From positions 32,001 through 96,000 of the forward strand of contig JASMDC010000006.1 of NCBI GenBank assembly GCA_030753015.1: a stretch of 64,000 nucleotides of DNA. The letters are read 5' to 3'. Positions 1 through 9,058 of the stretch are shown here, piece by piece. Source of the stretch: Candidatus Undinarchaeales archaeon. Lineage in GTDB: Archaea > SpSt-1190 > JASMDC01. A program made the translations under genes and the position numbers. Below the pieces are notes generated by a model. The model did not search any database. It was not told the DNA's origin and saw only the letters and a program-made list of their open reading frames with translations. Position 1 is the stretch's first letter. Each line of letters starts with the position of its first letter.

Positions 1-507
1 CAAGCAGGCATGCTGGGAGTGGTGCTCATCGGTGCCGTCATCATGGTGGCCACGATCATGCTCGTGCGACAGTCGCTCACCTCGGGGGCATATGGCATCG
101 AAAAGAAGTACTTCGACCGTACAGTGAACAACGCTCTCCTAGGCCTGCTGTCCGCCACCGATGACGACCTCGAGCAGCATATCACTATCTACGATCTCAT
201 CAAGTCGGCCAAGGAGGATAAGAAGGTGGGCATCAAGGACGCCAAGACCTACACACCGCCGGTGATCCATAAGAAGATGCGGATGTTATCCAATCGCTTT
301 CTAGAGCGATACAGCATGCACTACTATCTTTACGTGGGCTCCATCGACCGACCCATCCTCACTGCAGGTGACTACGAGAAGTACAACAAGTGCAAGACCG
401 ATCCCAAGTGCCGGTTGCAGGTGTATACGGACCAGTTCGAGGATATCTATCTCTATATCTTCCGCACATGCTGGACAAGTGCCGACGGAAAGGGCCAGTG
501 CACATGA
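1..507 (+). CDS. Hypothetical membrane-anchored, prepilin-like protein (probably 5'-truncated by the window)
   Basis: Frame is open from base 1 (QAG-MLGVVLIGAVIMVATIMLV), giving a Gln followed by a hydrophobic stretch as in class III signal peptides. C-terminal Cys pairs. Clear paralogue of 1503..2099. Confidence 0.6.
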   Translation, partial: QAGMLGVVLIGAVIMVATIMLVRQSLTSGAYGIEKKYFDRTVNNALLGLLSATDDDLEQHITIYDLIKSAKEDKKVGIKDAKTYTPPVIHKKMRMLSNRFLERYSMHYYLYVGSIDRPILTAGDYEKYNKCKTDPKCRLQVYTDQFEDIYLYIFRTCWTSADGKGQCT

Positions 508-517
508 GGTGAATGTC

Positions 518-1489
518 ATGTTACGGGCGTTCGCGGACTGGATGACACTCTATGGCCACATCATCCGCACTCAGCGCTCCGGCGACCTCCTGGCACAATT
601 GAGCCTTGCAGTATCATGGTTCTGGATGCTGGTCTTCATCGCGCCGTACATCCCATTCGTCGAGCATATTCCCTGGCTGGACCGCATCGCATCATATGCC
701 ACCCGGCGTGCGTTCGGTATCAGCCTGCGCTTCATGATACTCGTGCTACTTCCCCTGATCATGGGGTTCTTACACGGCGCGAACGATGCCTTCCGACGGC
801 GCAACCGCTATTACCCGCGGACCTATGCCGAGATACGGAGGGGTGTCGACCAACTCCTCCTAGAGACAGGTACGGTAATGGACGCAATAGGGCTCGTGCT
901 CATCTCTATCGGCAGGGGGTGGTTGGCAATGTTCCGGTGGCTCATCAACCACCTGTTCGTGTACGTGTCAGCGGCCCTGGACATCCTCGTTGAATGGTCG
1001 TCGGGTGCGGCGCTCGATTCATTCCTCGTCACGGGACGGCCTCAGGATCTACGGACGCTCGCCTCGTTCATCTCTCAGGAGCTGGAGGCCAGCGGTCAGC
1101 GCGTCACCTTCTGTGGCGTGGCCACGGACGAGCACGGGGCCCGGGGCGCGGCGCTGAAAGGGCTGGACCATGCCCTGGGGGTGCACGGTTTTATCCGCTC
1201 GCCTCGCTTATCCCTAATGGTGGGTGAAGCGGGGGTGGCTGGTGTAGGTGATCGTGAGGCCTTGGGCGCGTTCTATCTCAGGGTAAGGAACCGCCTCCTC
1301 CTACACCTTCTCCGCTGCTCCCACCCTGACGCGCTGGGACCCGAAGAGACGCTCAACGGCGGAGAGGCGCTGCCGCCCGGTACCGTGGAGGCTCTCGCCA
1401 GCGATGAGGACGTCACCATGGATGATCTGCAGGTGCTGGCGCTCAAGCGGGCGCTCGTTGAGGGGGGACCTTTCCTTCCAGGAGCTTAG
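518..1489 (+). CDS. Hypothetical multi-pass membrane protein
   Basis: ATG at 518 preceded by GAGGTGA Shine-Dalgarno (506-512). Several hydrophobic segments in the N-terminal half. No family recognised. Confidence 0.6.
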   Translation: MLRAFADWMTLYGHIIRTQRSGDLLAQLSLAVSWFWMLVFIAPYIPFVEHIPWLDRIASYATRRAFGISLRFMILVLLPLIMGFLHGANDAFRRRNRYYPRTYAEIRRGVDQLLLETGTVMDAIGLVLISIGRGWLAMFRWLINHLFVYVSAALDILVEWSSGAALDSFLVTGRPQDLRTLASFISQELEASGQRVTFCGVATDEHGARGAALKGLDHALGVHGFIRSPRLSLMVGEAGVAGVGDREALGAFYLRVRNRLLLHLLRCSHPDALGPEETLNGGEALPPGTVEALASDEDVTMDDLQVLALKRALVEGGPFLPGA

Positions 1490-1502
1490 AGGGCCGAACG
1501 AT

Positions 1503-2099
1503 ATGTCAGGGAGTAGACCCGCCGTCGTCATCATCATCCTGCTTCTCGTTGCGTGCATCGTCCTCCTCGCCAAATGCGTCAGCCTCGTCCGGGACAAGAC
1601 CGAGCTCGAGCAAGAGCTGCAGGAGATCCGATGGGAAATGGATGACCGCTTGTCGTCCGTCAGAGACTTCGAGGGACACGCTCTCACCCTACTCGCCGAG
1701 CACATGCTCCCGATCCTGCTCTCAGGAACGGATGAGAACCTGGAAGGGAACATCACGGTCAGTGAGCTGGTCCAACACGCAGGCAGGGGCGGGAAGGTAG
1801 ATATCAAGGACGCGGTCAGCTACGTCCCCGTGGTAATCCACCGGAAGATGGGCCCCTTTGTCGAGAAAGACCTCAAATCCCACGGGATCGCGTACTACCT
1901 GACCGCGGGTCCTATCGGCCGGCCGTTCCTGGAAGCGGGCGATACGCGTGGTTACAACGCTTGCCTCTCGGACGTCCAATGCAGCCTCGTAACAGGGAAC
2001 GCCCGGGACGGGAACGTGATCCTGATGCTCTTCAGAGAGGAGTACGGGGTCCGGCCCAACTCACGATTGCCTCTGCCGCCGATGCCGCTCGTACCCTAG
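1503..2099 (+). CDS. Hypothetical membrane-anchored protein, paralogue of 1..507
   Basis: N-terminal TM (VVIIILLLVACIVLL) plus short coiled coil. Shares KVxIKDAxxYxPxVIHxKM, YYLxxGxIxRPxLxAGD and YNxCxxDxxC blocks with 1..507. Confidence 0.7.
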   Translation: MSGSRPAVVIIILLLVACIVLLAKCVSLVRDKTELEQELQEIRWEMDDRLSSVRDFEGHALTLLAEHMLPILLSGTDENLEGNITVSELVQHAGRGGKVDIKDAVSYVPVVIHRKMGPFVEKDLKSHGIAYYLTAGPIGRPFLEAGDTRGYNACLSDVQCSLVTGNARDGNVILMLFREEYGVRPNSRLPLPPMPLVP

Positions 2100-3154
2100 A
2101 AGTTTGACATCAGCTCCTGCTTCTTCTGGGCGTACTCCTGCTCGCTGATGAGTCCCTGCTCGAACAGACCCTTGAGCTTGTTGAGCTTGGACCCGATGTC
2201 GTCGCCCGCAGGTGCTGCAGCGGCCACGGGCTGTGGTGCGGCCTGCATGGGCTGCTGCTGCCACTGACGTGTCGCCATCTGTTGACGCTGCTGCTGCTGC
2301 ATCATCATCTGCTGCTGCCACATCTGCTGCTCGGGGGACATCTGCTGCTGCTGACCCGTTATGCCCACGTTGACGTTCGAGGTCCGCGAGGCCTGCATGG
2401 CCTCCTGGTACGATTCCTTCTCGTACTTCTTGCCGAGGATGTCGGGGCTCTTCTCAAGGATCTCCATCTCCTTGAGCTTTAGCGCGTCGATGCCCATCTC
2501 CTGGGCCATCTTCATCCTTTCCATCTCCACGGACATCTCCGACTTCTTCTTCATCATGGAGATCTCCTGGAGCTTCAGCGACTCCAGCGCCTCCTTGATG
2601 TTGTCGGGTACGTTCACGCCCTGGATCTCAAGACGCTTGTAGTCGATACCGCGGACGCTGAAGAGCTCCTGGAGCTTGGCGCGCACGACAGAGATGAGCA
2701 CATCCCGCTCGACGTAGATCTGCTTGACATCGAGGTTGGAGAGCTCTGAACGGATGACTCCCTGGATGTTGTCCATGAGCTGTGCTCGGAGCATCTGTGT
2801 GTTGTACAAAGGCTTGCCTGCCAGCACCTGGGTGTAGAACAGCTTGGAATCGCTGATCTGCAGTTCCATGGTACCGAAGGCCCCTACTCGAACATTGTCC
2901 TTGGAGAACGTCTCGGGCAGGCCCCACTTGAACTCGAAGGGTCGCAGACGCACGTACACGAACTGAGAGCTGCCCACGAGGGGCATGTTCGAGGTCACGT
3001 GACGTCCGGCACCGAATTCCTGATAGATCTTTCCGTCGCGGATGAACAGACAGCGCTCGTACTCATTGACGAGGAAGTGTGGGATGCGCCCCACGTCCAC
3101 TATCTTCGCGAGCTCTCCGGGCTGCCATTCTACAGTATAGGCTGATATCGGCAT
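2096..3154 (-). CDS. SPFH/band-7 domain protein with Q/M-rich linker and C-terminal SHOCT domain
   Basis: VNEYERCLFIRDGK...GAGRH N-terminus, IQGVIRSELS...GIDYKRLEIQGVNVP band-7 core, and KLNKLKGLFEQGLISEQEYAQKKQELM SHOCT signature. Confidence 0.85.
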   Translation of the reverse strand: MPISAYTVEWQPGELAKIVDVGRIPHFLVNEYERCLFIRDGKIYQEFGAGRHVTSNMPLVGSSQFVYVRLRPFEFKWGLPETFSKDNVRVGAFGTMELQISDSKLFYTQVLAGKPLYNTQMLRAQLMDNIQGVIRSELSNLDVKQIYVERDVLISVVRAKLQELFSVRGIDYKRLEIQGVNVPDNIKEALESLKLQEISMMKKKSEMSVEMERMKMAQEMGIDALKLKEMEILEKSPDILGKKYEKESYQEAMQASRTSNVNVGITGQQQQMSPEQQMWQQQMMMQQQQRQQMATRQWQQQPMQAAPQPVAAAAPAGDDIGSKLNKLKGLFEQGLISEQEYAQKKQELMSNF

Positions 3155-3157
3155 TGA

Positions 3158-3574
3158 TTACCACCTCTGGATAATGTCCTCAAGTCGTTTGACGTCGCGC
3201 AGGAAATCGTCCTTCGTATCGTAGTTGGGCCTCTTCTTCACCCACTCGGCGAGGGAGTTCTGCACGTCGTTCCATTCGTCGCTGTGCTTCTCCTTGAAGG
3301 CGGCGATGTTCCAGTCGCCCTTCTCCTGAAGCTTTGCGAGCATCTGGTTCACGCGGATGAGGGATTCGTAGTCGCCCCCCTCCTGGAACGTCCACTGGAT
3401 GCGGCTGTCCATGTACTCGGCGGACCGCCGCAGGTCATTGATCATTTTACGGATGTCGTCATGGGCGGCGATGGCCGCCTGACGACGCTTGTCACGGAGC
3501 ATATAGATGTAGTAGATTATGCCGATGACCACGATGGCGCCCGCGATCTGGATGGCCATTTCTTCTTGGGTCAT
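3158..3574 (-). CDS. Hypothetical single-TM helical protein
   Basis: N-terminal TM (IAGAIVVIGIIYYIYML). ATG at 3574 with AGGTG SD overlapping the upstream stop. Internal gene of a tightly packed operon. Confidence 0.7.
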   Translation of the reverse strand: MTQEEMAIQIAGAIVVIGIIYYIYMLRDKRRQAAIAAHDDIRKMINDLRRSAEYMDSRIQWTFQEGGDYESLIRVNQMLAKLQEKGDWNIAAFKEKHSDEWNDVQNSLAEWVKKRPNYDTKDDFLRDVKRLEDIIQRW

Positions 3575-3583
3575 GAGCAGCAC

Positions 3584-4120
3584 CTACGAGAGATCGACGT
3601 CGTCCTCGATGGTGACTACGCCGTTGATGACGTCCTTGCGTCGTTCGAAGTCCTTGCGGATAACCTCGATCTCCCGCTGGAGGTCGAGGATCTCCTTGAG
3701 CGCCGTGTCGGGGGCCCCCATGGCCTTGTCGGTGAGTTCCTCGCAATGACGCTGGAAGTTCTTCGACTTGATGATTATGCGGCCGTCGTAGTTAGCCAGA
3801 CCTTCCAGCGTGTTCTCCTTGACCTTGACCTGGTCGAAGAGGCCGCCGTAGCCGTACTCTGCCGAGCGGATGGTGGCCATCACGACATCGACCTGGCTGC
3901 GCAGCTTCTCCGCCATGGGGAGGCTGTTGCGCTGGCCCAGCTGAAGGAGCATTGCCTGGAGCTGGTCGACCGCTCCCTTGCCATGCTCGAGGAAGAGCAC
4001 TGCCTTGTCCCTAATGAGCCGGTCGGTCTCCCTTCGCCGCTCCTTGCTTGCATATCCGCCATACCCCGGTATGAGGTTGACGAGCTTGTCCTTGATACCG
4101 TGTTCGAACTCGATAGCCAT
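3584..4120 (-). CDS. Conserved-looking helical hypothetical protein (IPGYGGY..KERRRETD / YGYGGLFD motifs)
   Basis: GGAGGAG SD upstream. Motifs recall an uncharacterised helical family often found beside SPFH genes (from memory, not searched). Confidence 0.75.
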   Translation of the reverse strand: MAIEFEHGIKDKLVNLIPGYGGYASKERRRETDRLIRDKAVLFLEHGKGAVDQLQAMLLQLGQRNSLPMAEKLRSQVDVVMATIRSAEYGYGGLFDQVKVKENTLEGLANYDGRIIIKSKNFQRHCEELTDKAMGAPDTALKEILDLQREIEVIRKDFERRKDVINGVVTIEDDVDLS

Positions 4121-4132
4121 GTGATCTCCTCC

Positions 4133-4738
4133 TTATAATCCAAGCATCCGGCGGTTCACCTCACGACCGACGAAGAGCTCCACCTCGTCCTCGGCCATCT
4201 CGATGCTGATCGCCTTGTCATCCTCCGTCCATCCGTCGATGTAGTCGACCTCCTCTTCATAGTCAACTGCGAATGGGATCTGGCCTTCGACGTGGGTGAT
4301 GCGGGCGGTGCCCACCTCCTCCACTGTGACGGACATCCCGTTGATATTGATACGCGAGTTGGCCCGTACACCGGGCGGGACGGGGGTCTTCAGTCGCTTC
4401 TTGAAGTACATGGTCCAGTCCCCATCGTCGTACTGCAGCCACCCGAGGGTGCCGTCTGAGAACTCGCACATGTACTCGTACCACGTATCACCGTCCTCGG
4501 AATACTCGAGGATGCCTGAGACAGTGAAGGGCTGCTGCCCGCGGAAGTTACCCTGCATACCGACCTTGAGCGGACCAGCGGATGTTTTCTTGGGGACGAA
4601 CTTGCCCATCTTTGTCGGATTTTGCTCGATGTCGAGCTGGTTGATGACGTCGCAGAACTCGCACTTGATGGTCCTGACATCAGGATTAGTAAGCTGGAGC
4701 GGCGCCCCGCATTTCATGCATGTTATGGCCTTCGTCAT
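4133..4738 (-). CDS. Zn-ribbon + DUF4178-like protein
   Basis: CMKCGAPL...CEFC zinc ribbon, then LKVGMQGNF...F.VSG...Y....WYEY...GWL..DDG.W pattern typical of DUF4178. ATG at 4738 after GGAGG. Confidence 0.75.
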   Translation of the reverse strand: MTKAITCMKCGAPLQLTNPDVRTIKCEFCDVINQLDIEQNPTKMGKFVPKKTSAGPLKVGMQGNFRGQQPFTVSGILEYSEDGDTWYEYMCEFSDGTLGWLQYDDGDWTMYFKKRLKTPVPPGVRANSRININGMSVTVEEVGTARITHVEGQIPFAVDYEEEVDYIDGWTEDDKAISIEMAEDEVELFVGREVNRRMLGL

Positions 4739-4780
4739 GCGCTTCCCCCTCCATGTGCGCACCCCTAAAAGCAAGGACAA

Positions 4781-4792
4781 GATTTATATATC
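4781..4792. promoter_or_regulatory. TATA box in the divergent intergenic region (SPFH operon / rpl10e)
   Basis: GATTTATATATC is the only strongly AT-rich element between two divergent starts in GC-rich DNA. Confidence 0.55.
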
Positions 4793-4840
4793 CCACGACG
4801 TTATCGCGGCGCATACCGGCTCAAAGGAGATGGATTGCAT

Positions 4841-5380
4841 ATGGGCCTTAGACCATCAAAATGCTACCGGGATGTTAAAAACCCGGCATACACGCGTTAT
4901 TCACGAAGACTCCCCCGGAAATCCTACATCAAGGGAATTCCGGGCTCAAAGGTCGTTATGTACGACATGGGCAATAAAACGGGTTCTTTTACCACGGAAG
5001 TCTCTCTGGTTACCGCGGAACGCAAACAACTGAGACATAACGCTCTGGAAGCGGCACGCGTCGCGACGAACAAGTATCTCACCAAACAGCTGGGAAAGCT
5101 TGCGTATCGTCTGAAGATCCGTGTCTGGCCTCACCACATCATGCGAGAGAACCCTATCGCTAGTGGTGCGGGGGCGGACCGGTTCCAGACCGGCATGAAG
5201 AAGTCTTTCGGCAAACCCATCGGCAGGACAGCCCGGGTGAAGGCCAACCAGAAGATCATGACCGTGTATACCGATGAGCTGAACATCGTCGCGGCGAAGG
5301 AGGCCCTGTACAGGGCCAAGATGAAGCTTCCGAACCGTTGCCTGATCCTAGTGGAGAAGGTGGTGACACCACATGCCTGA
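4841..5380 (+). CDS. rpl10e: 50S ribosomal protein uL16 (L10e)
   Basis: MGLRPSKCYR, QLRHNALEAARVATNKYL, RENPIASGAGADRFQTGMKKSFGKPIG signature motifs. Confidence 0.97.
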   Translation: MGLRPSKCYRDVKNPAYTRYSRRLPRKSYIKGIPGSKVVMYDMGNKTGSFTTEVSLVTAERKQLRHNALEAARVATNKYLTKQLGKLAYRLKIRVWPHHIMRENPIASGAGADRFQTGMKKSFGKPIGRTARVKANQKIMTVYTDELNIVAAKEALYRAKMKLPNRCLILVEKVVTPHA

Positions 5381-7889
5381 AGATTTACCTAGAGAACAGA
5401 AGTTCGTACTGTGGTTCGATGAACTGCGCAACACAGACGTCCCCCTGGTGGGCGGCAAGTCCGCCTCGCTTGGGGAGATGACATCCCAGACCAAGGTTCC
5501 TGTCCCCTACGGGTTCGCGACCACAGCGGCCGCATATGAGGTCTTTCTCAAGAAGAGTGGCCTGCGGGAAACAATCGCCAAGATACTCTCGCAGCTCACG
5601 GATCCCGAGGACTCCCAGATGCTCCAGAAGGTGGGCGAGGAACTCCGCGAGACCGTGAAGTCCGCTGATATCCCCCCCGAACTGGCCGAGGCCTTCCGCA
5701 AGGCCTACCTCGAGCTCGCTGCCAAGTACCAGGCGCAGACCGGTACTACGGACCTTCCTTATGTGGCGGTCCGGTCGAGCGCCACCGCCGAGGACCTGCC
5801 TGACGCATCCTTTGCTGGACAGCAGGAGACCTATCTCAACGTCCTTGGCGCCGAGCAGGTCATCGAGCTTGTGAAGCACTGCTACGCGTCGCTCTTCACC
5901 GACCGCGCGATCTACTACCGCGTACAGAAGGGTTTCGAGCACATGGATGTGGCCCTCTCTGCAGTGGTCCAGCTCATGGTGTACTCAAAGTCCGCCGGTG
6001 TGATGTTCACCCTCAATGTGTCTAACGGCAACCGGGACCAAGTGGACATCGAGGCCGCTTACGGCCTGGGCGAGTACGTGGTCCAGGGCAAGGTATCCCC
6101 GGATAACTACACCGTGTCCAAGTCCACCGGTCAGATCGTGGACAGGGACGTCAACATCCAGAACGTCCAGCTCATCCGCAAGCCCGAAGGAGGCGTGCTG
6201 GAGGTCAAGGTGTCCCCGGAGGACAGTAAGTCTCAGGTGCTCACCGACGATCAGATCCTGGAGCTCGCCAGCTACGCCAGGAAGATCGAGGACCACTACG
6301 GTCGACATATGGACATCGAGTGGGGGCTTGACGAGCGCACCAACCAGCTCTTCATCCTCCAGGCGCGCCCCGAGACCGTGTGGTCCCAGATGCCCGCCCC
6401 AGAGGCGGCCGCTCCCGCCGAGGCCGGAGCCGCTGCTGGCGTTGCCACCACAAGCGAGCGCAACGTCATCGTGAAGGGGACCGCTGCCTCGCCGGGCATG
6501 GTGTTCGGCAAGGCCATGGTGTACCCCAAGGACGAGCTCGAGGAGCAGATGGAGAAGCTCCAGGCAGAGGGCAAGATCAAGGAGGCCGAGCAGCTCGAGA
6601 AGGAGTGGAAGGCCAACGTGCTCAACACCTTCGAGAAGGACACCATCCTCGTCACCGAGATGACCGACCCCGACTGGGTGCCGGCCATGAAGAAGGCGCT
6701 TGCCATCGTGACCAACTCCGGCGGCAAGACCTGCCACGCGGCCATCGTGTCCCGCGAGATGGGCATACCCTGCATCGTGGGAACCTCCAACAAGGGCACA
6801 CGCGTTACCGACATCCTCAAGAACGGCGACATGATAACTGTGGACGCCAGTGCTGGTGTCGTGTACGAGGGTGTTCTGGAAGAGGCCGTGAAGAAGGCCG
6901 AGGCCAAGGCCGCTCCCGCCACGGGTACCGTGGCGGCCGAGTTCTACCAGGCCACGGGCACCAAGGTGTACATGAACCTTGGTAATCCCGACATGGCCGA
7001 GGAGTATGCAAAGCTTCCGTGCGACGGCATCGGTCTAATGCGGGAGGAGTTCATCTGGGGCACCTTCATTGGCAAGCACCCTCTCCACCTCATCGAGATC
7101 GGCCAGGCCAATGTCGTGGTGGAGAAGCTGGCCGAGGGCATCCGCACCGTGGCACAGGCCATGAGCCCCCGCCCCGTGATCCTGCGGCTTGCTGATTTCA
7201 AGTCCAGCGAGTACAGGGATCTCGAGGGAGGCGAGAAGTACGAGCCCAGGGAGCCAGCGCCCCTCCTCGGCTGGCGTGGAGCCTCGCGGTACTACGACGA
7301 AAAGTACATCGAGGCCTTCAAGCTGGAGCTCGAGGCGATCAAGCAGGTGCGCAACGAGTACGGGCTCACCAACGTGCATGTGATGATCCCGTTCTGCCGC
7401 ACTGTCGAGGAGTGCCGCAAGACCGTGACCATCATGGAGGAAAACGGCCTCAAGCGCGGTCCGGACTTCCAGATCTGGGTGATGGCGGAGATCCCCTCCA
7501 ACATCATCCTGGCCGACAAGTTCAACAAGTACGTTGACGGGTACTCCATCGGCTCCAACGACCTGACCATGCTCCTCATGGGGCTGGACCGGGACTCGGA
7601 CACCATCGCCCACATTGCGGACGAGCGGAACCTGGTGGTCAAGCGCGCCATAAAGCACCTCATCGAGGTGGCCCACAAAGAGGGCAAGACCGTGTCCATC
7701 TGCGGGCAGGCGCCGAGCTTCTACCCGAACTTCACGAAGTTCTTGATTAAGTGCGGCATCGACAGCGTGTCGGTGAACCCGGACACCGTGAAGGCGACCA
7801 AGAACCTCGTTGCGGCCGTGGAGCAGCGAATCCTTCTGGACACTGCAACCGGCAAGGGCCTCGCGGACGATCCGGACCTTGTGTGGTAG
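5373..7889 (+). CDS. ppsA: Phosphoenolpyruvate synthase (pyruvate, water dikinase)
   Basis: VGGKSASLGEM, AVRSSATAEDLPDASFAGQQETYLNV, phospho-His motif GGKTCHAAIVSRE, SIGSNDLT and SICGQAPS. Confidence 0.97.
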   Translation: MPEDLPREQKFVLWFDELRNTDVPLVGGKSASLGEMTSQTKVPVPYGFATTAAAYEVFLKKSGLRETIAKILSQLTDPEDSQMLQKVGEELRETVKSADIPPELAEAFRKAYLELAAKYQAQTGTTDLPYVAVRSSATAEDLPDASFAGQQETYLNVLGAEQVIELVKHCYASLFTDRAIYYRVQKGFEHMDVALSAVVQLMVYSKSAGVMFTLNVSNGNRDQVDIEAAYGLGEYVVQGKVSPDNYTVSKSTGQIVDRDVNIQNVQLIRKPEGGVLEVKVSPEDSKSQVLTDDQILELASYARKIEDHYGRHMDIEWGLDERTNQLFILQARPETVWSQMPAPEAAAPAEAGAAAGVATTSERNVIVKGTAASPGMVFGKAMVYPKDELEEQMEKLQAEGKIKEAEQLEKEWKANVLNTFEKDTILVTEMTDPDWVPAMKKALAIVTNSGGKTCHAAIVSREMGIPCIVGTSNKGTRVTDILKNGDMITVDASAGVVYEGVLEEAVKKAEAKAAPATGTVAAEFYQATGTKVYMNLGNPDMAEEYAKLPCDGIGLMREEFIWGTFIGKHPLHLIEIGQANVVVEKLAEGIRTVAQAMSPRPVILRLADFKSSEYRDLEGGEKYEPREPAPLLGWRGASRYYDEKYIEAFKLELEAIKQVRNEYGLTNVHVMIPFCRTVEECRKTVTIMEENGLKRGPDFQIWVMAEIPSNIILADKFNKYVDGYSIGSNDLTMLLMGLDRDSDTIAHIADERNLVVKRAIKHLIEVAHKEGKTVSICGQAPSFYPNFTKFLIKCGIDSVSVNPDTVKATKNLVAAVEQRILLDTATGKGLADDPDLVW

Positions 7890-7911
7890 ATCGAGCGTAG
7901 AACCTGAAGAA

Positions 7912-7949
7912 GGGGAGGGGCTTTGGCCCCTCCCCGACCTTTCTTTTTC
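7912..7949 (+). terminator. GC hairpin plus U-rich tract after ppsA
   Basis: Perfect 10-bp stem GGGGAGGGGC-TTTG-GCCCCTCCCC (7912-7935) followed by GACCTTTCTTTTTC. Confidence 0.75.
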
Positions 7950-8003
7950 AAGTTGTTACAGGTTACGTAAAGCTTCTCTGTCGCTTGTGTGCGGCGTTAG
8001 TGC

Positions 8004-8903
8004 TCAAGCGGAGATGAGGGACCGGAACTCGTCGGGCGCGAGCTCACCCGTACTGTCTACCTCGCAGCGAGCGCGTTGCGTCACCTCGTTCGAGGCGTTG
8101 AACCAGTCCACATACGTCATGGTGAACTCGTGCTCGGCTGGATCCTCGGGGACGACCGTCGTCTCCGGAGCGGCGTACCCGAATCCCGCTGTGCGAAGGG
8201 AACGGTCGCTGCGCACCATGAAGTTGTTCGTAGTACCCGTATCGAGATAGACGCCTTCAGAGCGAAGGGAGTCGAAGAGCCCGACCGCCTTCCCGTCCCG
8301 TTCCACGCGCAGTCGCTTCCCGTCAATGACGGCATCATCGTTCCACATTTGCATGTGACCGCCGTGCTGCGGTGTGTACTCCTGGACGGCGATGTGAAGT
8401 GCGATGTCGTCGTTGTAAGCGACGGTGATGTGACCGTAGAACCGGGGGACGTCCACGCAATGACGGGCAAGAGTGTCCCGCATCGAGGGTGCCGTGGAGA
8501 GGGCATAGTTATTCGCCAGCTCCTCCTCCATGTGCTCGAGCTCGAATGGTGGGGCGTGCCGGTAGAGGTCCTTGAGAGCGCTCACGTGGGAGCTGTCCTC
8601 GTCGCTCTTGAGCCGTTCCTTCGCTTCCGGTGTCCACGATGCATAGACCTTCAGCACCTTCCCAGCGTCCTCGTTCACGAAGGCGCGGCAGTCCTTGCCG
8701 CCACCGAGAAAACGGTAGCTAGGTAAGCGCTCATCGACCAGTTCCTTGACCGCGTCCGAGATAGCGGGAGGTATCTCGTAAGGCAGCCAGGCTCCAGCAG
8801 TGAACTCGTAGTCATTCTGGGCAGCAGCCAACTCTTCAGTGTCCTTGGTACTGTAATCCCCTACAACGTCCTCCAGCGAATAGACGGTCATGATGGTCGA
8901 CAC
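8004..8903 (-). CDS. Atypical protein-kinase-like protein
   Basis: Gly-rich loop FLGGGKDCRAF, beta3 Lys (VLKVY), hinge VQEY, catalytic-loop-like YLDTGTTNNFMV and DFG-like YVDW. Confidence 0.6.
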   Translation of the reverse strand: MSTIMTVYSLEDVVGDYSTKDTEELAAAQNDYEFTAGAWLPYEIPPAISDAVKELVDERLPSYRFLGGGKDCRAFVNEDAGKVLKVYASWTPEAKERLKSDEDSSHVSALKDLYRHAPPFELEHMEEELANNYALSTAPSMRDTLARHCVDVPRFYGHITVAYNDDIALHIAVQEYTPQHGGHMQMWNDDAVIDGKRLRVERDGKAVGLFDSLRSEGVYLDTGTTNNFMVRSDRSLRTAGFGYAAPETTVVPEDPAEHEFTMTYVDWFNASNEVTQRARCEVDSTGELAPDEFRSLISA

Positions 8904-9058
8904 CGGTCGTTACTGCGGGACGTGGATGAATCGCTCTTTTAACGTTTCTCATGGGGTGGGCGAGTGATAAACAAGCGCACGATGAGGGCGCCCCCCCCCT
9001 AACGCAGACCTTCGGCACCGCCGTCATCTTTTTAATACTTCCCGGCCAAACAACGCTC

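Noticed and set aside
3572-3586. TAG immediately followed by an in-frame start (also fwdA/fwdC at 34302-34307 and atpB/atpD at 58066-58071), suggesting pyrrolysine or read-through fusions
   Set aside because: TAG ends many other full-length conserved genes here. AtpB/AtpD and FwdA/FwdC are complete as separate proteins. At 3584 the TAGGTG doubles as a Shine-Dalgarno. Tight operon packing explains the pattern.
8991-8999. Poly-C run as a phase-variation switch
   Set aside because: It is intergenic and not clearly between promoter elements. There is no evidence of length variation without reads.
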